DNA of 22,879 nt from an uncultured virus (IMG/VR IMGVR_UViG_3300046501_000595) (lineage: Duplodnaviria > Heunggongvirae > Uroviricota > Caudoviricetes): the IMG/VR virus record IMGVR_UViG_3300046501_000595, one strand, 5' to 3'. The notes under the pieces are model-generated. The model did not search any database and had not been told where the DNA came from. It saw nothing but the letters and a program-made list of their open reading frames with translations. Positions 8,194 to 15,561 of this stretch are shown in pieces (within the stretch, counting starts at the first letter, position 1; each line of letters begins with the position of its first letter). A program made the translations under genes and the position numbers.

Positions 8194-8226
8194 TAGTGGA
8201 CAACGATCTAAGCGGTTTCCTGGTAC
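8194..8226 (+). repeat. Upstream motif, copy 2
   Basis: TAGTGGACAACGATCTAAG-N5-TCCTGGTAC, matched at 7196-7232. Confidence 0.65.
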
Positions 8227-8248
8227 CTTACTGAGCATTCGACATCCC

Positions 8249-8767
8249 ATGGTTACCAAGCAATCTGTCTACCACGGCACGAACTTTGAATTCGACTGCT
8301 TCGACTCCAAGAAGCTTGGCGTGAGCTGCGACAACCCAACCACCATGATGGGGTTCTTCTTCAGCTCGTCCAAAGAAGGTGCCTATCGCTGGGCCCACCG
8401 GAGCTCCACATGGGGCACCTTGCAAGGCACTACCGTCAGCAATCCGATGGTTGTCATAGCCGACGTCAGCGAGCTCCAGTTCAAGAAGATGTCAGCCGAG
8501 AAATTCACCTACTACCTGAAAACAGCCCGCCAGGAGACCATTTTCAGGCATGTGAACAAGTGGAAGTCGAACGGCTATGACGGCCTACACATCAAGCTTG
8601 TCGATGAAGACTGGTTCTGCGTATTCGAGGCCGGCAAGATCAAGATCCTGGGGAGGGAACATGAGCCCGCAGCGATCAAAGAGCCCGCTCCATTCATTAC
8701 ACCAGCCATTCCTCCAGTTGAATTTAAAGCTACCAAGATTCCTTACATTCCCAGGTTAGAGCCGTAA
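8249..8767 (+). CDS. ART-PolyVal-like ADP-ribosyltransferase-fold protein
   Basis: VYHGT...FD.F...GFFFSS...A..WA...GYDGL...FCVFE...IKIL; ATG 8249 preferred. Confidence 0.72.
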   Translation: MVTKQSVYHGTNFEFDCFDSKKLGVSCDNPTTMMGFFFSSSKEGAYRWAHRSSTWGTLQGTTVSNPMVVIADVSELQFKKMSAEKFTYYLKTARQETIFRHVNKWKSNGYDGLHIKLVDEDWFCVFEAGKIKILGREHEPAAIKEPAPFITPAIPPVEFKATKIPYIPRLEP

Positions 8768-8904
8768 TGTGCTGCAATGAGACGAACCTTCTTGGCTAAC
8801 GTTCTTTGACCTAGTAAAGCTTATCGAGGACAATAGGGTTATACGCAGGTTGTAGGTGAATCCCTGCTTCCAAGCTCTTCTCGACAGGCCCAATGGAGTG
8901 ACTC

Positions 8905-9390
8905 GTGCCTTCCAACATTCTCATCACTGCCGGCCCTAGTGGCGACACCCTTCAATGCTTGAAACAAGCCTTCGCTACGCCTGTGAATGGCCGGGTTGAA
9001 CCTACGCTTGTGATCGATTTTTCCTGCATCACAAACGTCCGCATCATGATTGACGCCTGGCGCCAGCAAATCGATTTAACGGGCGAGGCCCCTGTAAATC
9101 TGGTGCTGGACATGACAGAGATGGATGACATCGGCTCTTGGGATCGGTGCCTTTCCGGTGTGTTTGATACCCGTGTTTTCGGCGCTGATCAGGAGTTGCC
9201 AAAGGCTTGGAACGTCGCATTGCTCGTTCCAGCCTGTGAACTTGAAAACCTGCCGGCTTGCTCCACTCTTGCAGGCGTCATCATCGATGGTTCGCACCCA
9301 TTTGGTAGCAGCCAACTGTGTCCCAAACTGGCTGATGAATCCCCATCCAGAAAGGATAAAGACTTTTCCAACGACACCCCAAGTCCTTGA
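8905..9390 (+). CDS. Hypothetical protein
   Basis: SD GGAG before GTG, alpha/beta-like pattern, tail ending NDTPSP. Confidence 0.65.
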   Translation: MPSNILITAGPSGDTLQCLKQAFATPVNGRVEPTLVIDFSCITNVRIMIDAWRQQIDLTGEAPVNLVLDMTEMDDIGSWDRCLSGVFDTRVFGADQELPKAWNVALLVPACELENLPACSTLAGVIIDGSHPFGSSQLCPKLADESPSRKDKDFSNDTPSP

Positions 9391-9419
9391 TGAGGGCTTC
9401 TTGCAACGATAGGCCTTTA

Positions 9420-9447
9420 TTGACAACCGCTTTCAAGTGCATACCAT
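9420..9447 (+). promoter_or_regulatory. Putative sigma70 promoter
   Basis: TTGACA-N16-TACCAT upstream of the 9484 ORF. Confidence 0.5.
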
Positions 9448-9483
9448 CACGATTCTCTCAATCTGAGTTCGTGAGGATTGCAC

Positions 9484-10146
9484 ATGACCGCACCAATGAA
9501 CGGCCTTCAGGAGCCAATGGAAGCCTTAGCCCGCGAGCGGGAAGTTAGCGACTACCCCAAGGGCAATGCACTGCTGCCCTTACCTGCTGCCTACCGGGAA
9601 ATGGGTAGCCCTTCTTGCCGCCTGTACACGGCTGAGCAAATGCACGGGTACGCGCTGGCCAACGCCAAGGCCCGCACCGTCGCCTGGCATTTCCACCGGC
9701 CACCATCTCCAAACGGTATGTTCGGCCTCAACTGGCCGGAGGTGAACCGGATCATTACCGAAGAAACCAAGGCCGCGCACGCTGCAACAACAATCGATCA
9801 AGACTCGCCCGGCAGCCTAACCCCGTTGAACACGGAAGGTTTGGTATCCGTGCTGCGCAAAGCCCTCATCAGGGCTTCGTCCATGGAATTGCAGTGCCTG
9901 ATCACCGGCACCGAGGATGAACCGCAACAGCTTAAAAACGCACTGGCCGGCCTTTCGCGGGAGCTTGAGGCTACGCGTGCGCTTAACGACGCGGCCATCA
10001 AAGCCCTCACCGAGATCTCGAACATCGAGGACAAGGTCAATGGCGGCGACTGGGACGAGATCGAAGAGGCCAGGAGTATCGCCATTTCCGCCTTGGGCGT
10101 CTGCCAAGCGCCCATTGAATCCTGTGCACCAAATGCCCCGGCCTAG
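9484..10146 (+). CDS. Hypothetical protein (phage/plasmid type, mosaic)
   Basis: SD GAGG before ATG 9484; LYTAEQM..YA segment and a C-terminal coiled coil. Confidence 0.7.
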   Translation: MTAPMNGLQEPMEALAREREVSDYPKGNALLPLPAAYREMGSPSCRLYTAEQMHGYALANAKARTVAWHFHRPPSPNGMFGLNWPEVNRIITEETKAAHAATTIDQDSPGSLTPLNTEGLVSVLRKALIRASSMELQCLITGTEDEPQQLKNALAGLSRELEATRALNDAAIKALTEISNIEDKVNGGDWDEIEEARSIAISALGVCQAPIESCAPNAPA

Positions 10147-10232
10147 CAACAAGAGAAGCACCTCTGTGTGCCTCTGGCCGCAGCGCCAAACCCTTTACGG
10201 GAGTGAAATTACCAAGTGGAAGGAGATTCCGG

Positions 10233-10478
10233 GTGAAAACAACTTCTACGCTTTACACGTTGCGCAACGCAAAAGGCGAGTATTACAGCTTCACCGACCA
10301 GGCAAACTATGACGGCCCTCAGCTCAGCCGCGATCCGGGAAACGCCAAACGCATGACAGCACAAGGCTGTGGTGCCGTGAAACGTGTGCTGGCAAACCCA
10401 AAATATTATGGGGTGGAATTCGAGCGCGTGTCGGTTACCGACATGATCTCAGCCGGCCTGTTGCCTCAGCCGACCTAA
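10233..10478 (+). CDS. Hypothetical small protein
   Basis: SD AAGGAG before GTG 10233. Confidence 0.6.
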   Translation: MKTTSTLYTLRNAKGEYYSFTDQANYDGPQLSRDPGNAKRMTAQGCGAVKRVLANPKYYGVEFERVSVTDMISAGLLPQPT

Positions 10479-10530
10479 ATATCTGAAACAATTAAATCTA
10501 CCTTTCAAAGGCTAATTGGAGAAACACAGG

Positions 10531-11661
10531 ATGATTACTGCCGTTTACGCACTTTCTGGCGACCCAATCACTTTTGGTCATATTGACATCATCAACCGAG
10601 CCGCCGCTGGGTTTGATCATCTCATTGTTGGGCTTGGCGTAAACCCCAACAAAAAATACATGCTAACCCCTAATGAGCGAATAGCTGTTGCCAAACAATC
10701 GCTATCCCACCTCAACAATGTTGAGGTAATGTTCTTCGAAGGCCTGCTTGTGGATTTCGCATTTGAACAAGGTGCCACCATCATTGTTCGTGGCATCAGA
10801 AACGCCTCGGATGCAGTGGCCGAACAGGCCCTCGATCAGGTCAATGGCTCTCAGATGAACATTGATACTTTTTTCATGTTTTCACGTTCCAAGCTTGCAC
10901 ATGTAAGTTCCAGCAACGTAAAAGCACTACAGGCCGAAAACGGACTCATTCATGAATATGTTCCGCTCCCTGTGAAGAAAATGCTCGAACGCAAGATCTC
11001 ACACCAGCTTGTCTACGGGGTAACAGGCGTAATGGGTTCTGGGAAATCATACGTTGCCGAGCAACTTTCTATCTATGCCGAGGCACAACATGCGGTATCA
11101 GATAGCAACCCGCTGGTTCACAACATTGAACTTGATAAGCTGGCCCATCAAGTATATGAATCAGATAAACCGGGCTACAAAGACATTCGTGAGAAAATCA
11201 AAAATCACTTTGGAACACTAGACCGGTCAAAAATTGGGCAGATTGCCTTCGGCAGCGAGAACAGCAAGGAGCACGTTGACTTTTTGAACAACATTTTCAA
11301 AGACCCTGTCATGGTTCTGCTGCGTCAGGAGCTACGTGGCAAACAAGGCATCCTGCTGATTAACGCAGCCTTGCTTGTGGAGAGTGACCTGCTCAATCTC
11401 TGCAACAACCATGTGATCCTGGTCAACGCTGAAGACGCAGTGCGCCATGAGCGTCTGGTTAAATTCAGGAACATTGACCCCGTGGTTGCTGAAAAACGCA
11501 TCAAACACATGAAAAGCAACAGCACCAAGAGAGCGCAGATCAAGAGGTCTATTTCAAGCTCTCACTTTGGAAATATTGTAGACTTTGACAATTCCTCTAG
11601 TAACCTTGAGCTGATTGCCAACCTGTATGAACAGCTTAAAAGCGAGTACTACGAAAGATAA
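10531..11661 (+). CDS. coaD: Phosphopantetheine adenylyltransferase (CoaD) fused to dephospho-CoA kinase (CoaE)
   Basis: N-terminal DPITFGHIDII, NPNK, FEGLLVDFA, IVRGIR, VSSSNVK (PPAT); C-terminal GVTGVMGSGKS, LDKLAH, LDR..IG...F, ALLVE (DPCK); SD GGAG before ATG 10531. Confidence 0.9.
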   Translation: MITAVYALSGDPITFGHIDIINRAAAGFDHLIVGLGVNPNKKYMLTPNERIAVAKQSLSHLNNVEVMFFEGLLVDFAFEQGATIIVRGIRNASDAVAEQALDQVNGSQMNIDTFFMFSRSKLAHVSSSNVKALQAENGLIHEYVPLPVKKMLERKISHQLVYGVTGVMGSGKSYVAEQLSIYAEAQHAVSDSNPLVHNIELDKLAHQVYESDKPGYKDIREKIKNHFGTLDRSKIGQIAFGSENSKEHVDFLNNIFKDPVMVLLRQELRGKQGILLINAALLVESDLLNLCNNHVILVNAEDAVRHERLVKFRNIDPVVAEKRIKHMKSNSTKRAQIKRSISSSHFGNIVDFDNSSSNLELIANLYEQLKSEYYER

Positions 11662-11809
11662 AAACAACCTGCAACATTCTCGAGATGATCGTGAGGTTTT
11701 TGCGTGTGGCGCTGCATGGGCCATTGCCAGTGTTTTCTGGACAAGCGCTCAATACCACATGGGTAAGGCAAAGCGCTAAGCGCCCTGAACATTACAGGCC
11801 TGATGCAAC

Positions 11810-11839
11810 AGCGCCAGCCAATCAACCTTGGCTGGCGCT
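11810..11839 (-). terminator. Hairpin immediately after the hipA-like stop
   Basis: 12-bp stem AGCGCCAGCCAA-TCAACC-TTGGCTGGCGCT. Confidence 0.55.
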
Positions 11840-11844
11840 TCTCG

Positions 11845-13155
11845 TTAAGCTAGCGGTAGGCCCTGCCGAACTTCAGCAGCAAAAGCCTGTAGATCGAGAT
11901 CCTCTTCGGCCAATCCCTCAAAAGCAAACGGGTTCAACATCTGCCGTGTGGCCAGCACGTTGCGGTCGACCTGGCTGATACCTGACTCATTGCAGACGCT
12001 ATCCCAGTACACCTGAATGCCTTGAAGCTGCATGAAGACGATTTTCTTCGCGTCTTTACGCTCCAGGAGGAAAAGGTGGGCGGCATCAAGGCACAGTGCG
12101 ATCTGGCTTTGGTTCTGCTCACCCATGATGAGCATTCCCTGGCTCGCGACGTTGCCGGTGCGGTTCTGTGGGCAGATATCGTAGGCCGGCGTCAGGCTGT
12201 AGGCTTTGCCATCAAAAAAGGCAGCATGGTTCCGGGCATGGTCGTCCGTGTTGCCGCAGAGAATGTTGAACACCAGCCTGGAGAACAACTCCTGCAGGTC
12301 GCGCTTAGGGTCGTTAAAATCCTTGCGAATAATGTGCGTGAGGTCTTCATAGCTCGTATAGCGAGCCATCATCTCATCGAGTCCAAGCAGTGTCAGCGCA
12401 CTCACCATAATCTTCCTGGCCCAGCTGCCGTTCTTCTTCACACGGTCGAAGCGTTCGATCAGCAGTACGTCCTTGCCAAGCACATGCTCAATCTTCACTG
12501 GCGCGACCTCCAGGCCGACCAGGCTCGCCAGGCGCATCATGATGAATTCAGACCGCACGACGCTGATCGTGTCGTTGGAGGCCGAGAATTTCGCCACGTA
12601 CTTCAGATCATCCGCTTTGATCAGCGACTTTGGCCGCGCCCCACCGATAGAAGAACCATGGCGCAAAGCCTGGTCGAGCTCTGGCGTTAGTGGGATCCCC
12701 TTCTCCACCAGCTCGGCGGCGTTGAGTAGCTCAGCGAGCGTGGCATTGTCGTTACTCCTCGGAACGTACTCAGTCGGCGATTCCTGGAAGTCCAAAGCAC
12801 CGATACGATCAGAACCGGACTCGAGCATGTACGTCAGCTCATCGAGATCCTGATCGTAAGCTTTAAGCCCAGCCTTACCGTAAAGCCGATTGATGATAAC
12901 GCGACGACCCCATGCGTCAGGCGATGCGTCCCGTATACCACTGGCAATCATCAGGCCTTTCGGCGGACTAATGATCTCCGGACTCAAATTGAGCTCGAGG
13001 TTATTCAGCGGGATGGCGTTGGGATTGTTCAGGTAGCTTTGACCGTACAGAAACGAGTACCGACCACGGCTTCTGACCAATCTGCCGGCTACAACAGGCT
13101 CTGTGCTATCGGGCAGCCATGTCCATACGTAACAGACTCGATCTTCAGAAGGCAT
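11845..13155 (-). CDS. hipA: HipA-family Ser/Thr kinase toxin
   Basis: DASPDAWGRR N-terminal motif, GSSIGGARPK Gly-rich loop, IERFDR, GNTDDHARN catalytic motif, LTPAYD. Confidence 0.92.
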   Translation of the reverse strand: MPSEDRVCYVWTWLPDSTEPVVAGRLVRSRGRYSFLYGQSYLNNPNAIPLNNLELNLSPEIISPPKGLMIASGIRDASPDAWGRRVIINRLYGKAGLKAYDQDLDELTYMLESGSDRIGALDFQESPTEYVPRSNDNATLAELLNAAELVEKGIPLTPELDQALRHGSSIGGARPKSLIKADDLKYVAKFSASNDTISVVRSEFIMMRLASLVGLEVAPVKIEHVLGKDVLLIERFDRVKKNGSWARKIMVSALTLLGLDEMMARYTSYEDLTHIIRKDFNDPKRDLQELFSRLVFNILCGNTDDHARNHAAFFDGKAYSLTPAYDICPQNRTGNVASQGMLIMGEQNQSQIALCLDAAHLFLLERKDAKKIVFMQLQGIQVYWDSVCNESGISQVDRNVLATRQMLNPFAFEGLAEEDLDLQAFAAEVRQGLPLA

Positions 13156-13471
13156 TGCTCACCTCAGTTTTGGATTCGCGGACGGAAGCAGGCAGTAAAG
13201 CGATTTTGTCGGTGAGCGTGCTGGCAAGCGTGTTAGGCCCCATAGGGGACTCAAACAACTCAATGCCGAGGAGATGCGCAACCTCAAAAGCCACGCCGAT
13301 TTCGCAACCAGGCTCACATTTCTCCAGGCGTTGGATAAGGCTTCGGGAAACGCCAGCTCGATCTGCCAGGTTTTGAAGGGTCAATCCCCTCTCCTTGCGC
13401 TTGAGCTGAATCATTTTCCCTAGAATTTCGAGAGCCTTTTTGGTGTAAGGCGAGATAGCGCGCTTGCCCAT
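13145..13471 (-). CDS. XRE/HipB-like HTH antitoxin
   Basis: RKERGLTLQNLADRAGVSRSLIQRLEK HTH; overlaps the hipA start; SD GAGG before ATG 13471. Confidence 0.88.
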   Translation of the reverse strand: MGKRAISPYTKKALEILGKMIQLKRKERGLTLQNLADRAGVSRSLIQRLEKCEPGCEIGVAFEVAHLLGIELFESPMGPNTLASTLTDKIALLPASVRESKTEVSNAF

Positions 13472-13535
13472 CAGGACATCCTCAATAAATGCTTTGCGTA
13501 AAGATAGCATTTTGAGGGCCTGCGGACAACATTAG

Positions 13536-13582
13536 TACCCGTTAAAAGGTATCTAAGGTATTTCGTGACTCGTTTATGGGTA
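13536..13582. promoter_or_regulatory. Candidate antitoxin operators
   Basis: TACC-CGTTAAAA-GGTA (13536-13551) and degenerate GACT-CGTTTATG-GGTA (13567-13582) upstream of the HTH gene. Confidence 0.35.
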
Positions 13583-13597
13583 ATTTTCGCTGCCGAT

Positions 13598-14617
13598 TTA
13601 CAGGGGATATTGGCGTGGTGGATGGATACTCCCCCACCCCCTCCAGCTCCAAACAACCGGGTGCTTTGGCGGGCGCTGATTGGGATAGCCCAAAAGACCA
13701 GTCAACAACGAAGTTGTGTTCGAGGCGGTGAACAGGTTCTCCCAGAAGCGATATGAGATCGACGCCTGCAGATCCAACATCATCACCGGGAACAGAGTCG
13801 CGAACCTATCACTGAAGGTGTTGGCCACCTCCCGCGTCCCTTCATGGCTGATGACCAGGTACATGCCATTTCCTGTGCGGGTAGCTGCAAGGTGATCGCC
13901 ATGCGTGAAGTCTTTGATGTCCAGGCACACAGGGCTGATCACGCCAGCCTCGCTGAGGATTGATTGCCAAGTCAGCGCCAGCTCCGATGTCATGCCATCG
14001 GCAAGGATGAAAAGTTGCTTTGACTGCCAGGCGTCTACCGCGTTGATCTGGTTGGCGATGTTGATGGCTGCATGCTGGGAACGACTCCAGGCATCGCAGA
14101 GCTTAATCGGCTTGAGCTCACACTCTGTCGGGTAACCCAGCGCCTGCTCAACCATACGGTGAGTCAGTGCCGACAGCATCAGGATCGATTTAAGGTTAAC
14201 GAAGCGCCTATCTCGATCAGGCAGAGCATCGATGGCCAGCACTGAACCTTTGCCCTGCTCTTGCAGATGCCGCGCAGCTCCGCCATCCGGATCGCCGGAG
14301 AGGAGAATCGAGCCTTCGCCCCCTCGGGCGGCTATAGCTTCAGCAACCTCAACGGCGTCCGGGTGGTTACCCCGCAGTGATGTCAGTACCGGAAGGCACT
14401 TGATCCGCGTGTTTTGCCCATACTCCAACGCAGTCACAAACCGGGAAGGAGTGCCGGCGATCCGTTGCATCATAGAGACGCCATAGAGAGCGGAGATCTT
14501 GGCCAGGCCAGCCGCAATCCACACCGTTGAAGGTGCATCCTTGAGCACCAAAGCTGCCGGGAGCACAGCTGGGTCATCAATGCGCTGAATCAGCATTTCG
14601 ATGTCTGAATCTTCCAT
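13598..14617 (-). CDS. Double SIS-domain phosphosugar-binding protein (GlmS/AgaS/FrlB-like, divergent)
   Basis: WIAAG, TSLRGNHPD (like SQSGETAD), FVNLKS and KDFTHGD (like EFRHGP) in the expected order; 5 bp downstream of the WYL gene. Confidence 0.65.
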   Translation of the reverse strand: MEDSDIEMLIQRIDDPAVLPAALVLKDAPSTVWIAAGLAKISALYGVSMMQRIAGTPSRFVTALEYGQNTRIKCLPVLTSLRGNHPDAVEVAEAIAARGGEGSILLSGDPDGGAARHLQEQGKGSVLAIDALPDRDRRFVNLKSILMLSALTHRMVEQALGYPTECELKPIKLCDAWSRSQHAAINIANQINAVDAWQSKQLFILADGMTSELALTWQSILSEAGVISPVCLDIKDFTHGDHLAATRTGNGMYLVISHEGTREVANTFSDRFATLFPVMMLDLQASISYRFWENLFTASNTTSLLTGLLGYPNQRPPKHPVVWSWRGWGSIHPPRQYPL

Positions 14618-14622
14618 GTGTC

Positions 14623-15501
14623 TCAGTCCTTCACGTATTTCATCAATGCCTGCCAGTTGGCGACAGCAACTCCGAAATTTCGGTCTTGAGGCTCGCCCTC
14701 GTATTCACGTACAGCATCGACCAGGTACATCGCAGAAAGCTGGTAGTAGACCAGGCACTCACGGGTGCTGATCACGCATTGCCCGTCTTTCATGCTGTAG
14801 TCGCGTTCAACCACCTCCCGCTGTATCTGGGATAGGGTCGCGGACGGGACAAGGATGATGTCCGCCATCGTGTTCCACGCCACATCGGCTTCAGCGCCCA
14901 CCCACTCAGATTCCGGGCTATCACAGGTATCGAGCACTCGGCCTGGAATGATGTCGGCAAAGACCTTCTTATCCACCATGAAGGCACGGATGTGCCAGCG
15001 GATCTCGGTCTCCACAATGTCGTGAGGGCAGATGACGCGCCACTCAGGTTCAGCCTTCTTCCCTGATTGGTACAGCACCGATATAGGCATCCTCAGTCGA
15101 AACGACCGGGAGATGGCCATGAGCACCGTATCGCTCATACCGCGTTTGATGGGCTTCACAGATTCGCGCTGAATCGAACGAAGCGAAGGATCTTCATCGG
15201 CGTTGGCCGTTAACCACCCTTCCAGGCTTTTCTCAAAGAGGGGTTCAAACTCCTCCCCCTTGATATAGAGCTTCTTGCTCGTGTGGTAACGAAGATTGGT
15301 CGGCGCCAGCTCCTGATAGAGCTTGATATCACCAGAGGCCTGCTGAGGAGAGATCTCGAAGCGGCTGACCAGGTCAGAACGGTTCAACTCACCTACCCAA
15401 AAAATGCGGTCTTCAAGCCATTGCAGGCGTGCCTGTATCGCCTGGCCGTTGCGCAAGTTTTTGAAAAAATCAGGTGAGCAGTTTGACATCACTCTAGTCA
15501 C
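14623..15501 (-). CDS. CapW-like wHTH-WYL-WCX transcriptional regulator
   Basis: RLQWLEDRIFWVGELNRSDLVSRFEISPQQASGDIKLYQELAP wHTH, Y.S...WRVICPH...RWHIRAF...FADIIPGR WYL, VVERDYSM WCX; SD AGGAGG before GTG. Confidence 0.88.
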   Translation of the reverse strand: MTRVMSNCSPDFFKNLRNGQAIQARLQWLEDRIFWVGELNRSDLVSRFEISPQQASGDIKLYQELAPTNLRYHTSKKLYIKGEEFEPLFEKSLEGWLTANADEDPSLRSIQRESVKPIKRGMSDTVLMAISRSFRLRMPISVLYQSGKKAEPEWRVICPHDIVETEIRWHIRAFMVDKKVFADIIPGRVLDTCDSPESEWVGAEADVAWNTMADIILVPSATLSQIQREVVERDYSMKDGQCVISTRECLVYYQLSAMYLVDAVREYEGEPQDRNFGVAVANWQALMKYVKD

Positions 15502-15561
15502 GCTTATAAGATCCTCCTAGTGAATAGCACGATCATACAGGAAAGCTTAGGCCATGGTCGA
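15483..15561. promoter_or_regulatory. Overlapping divergent promoters with a central palindrome
   Basis: Plus TTGACA-N16-TATAAG (15483-15510); minus TCGACC-N18-TATGAT (15561-15532); CTTATAAG palindrome at 15503-15510. Confidence 0.55.

Noticed and set aside
8905..9390. P-loop NTPase call
   Set aside because: ILITAGPSGDT lacks the GK[ST] signature; similarity is too weak
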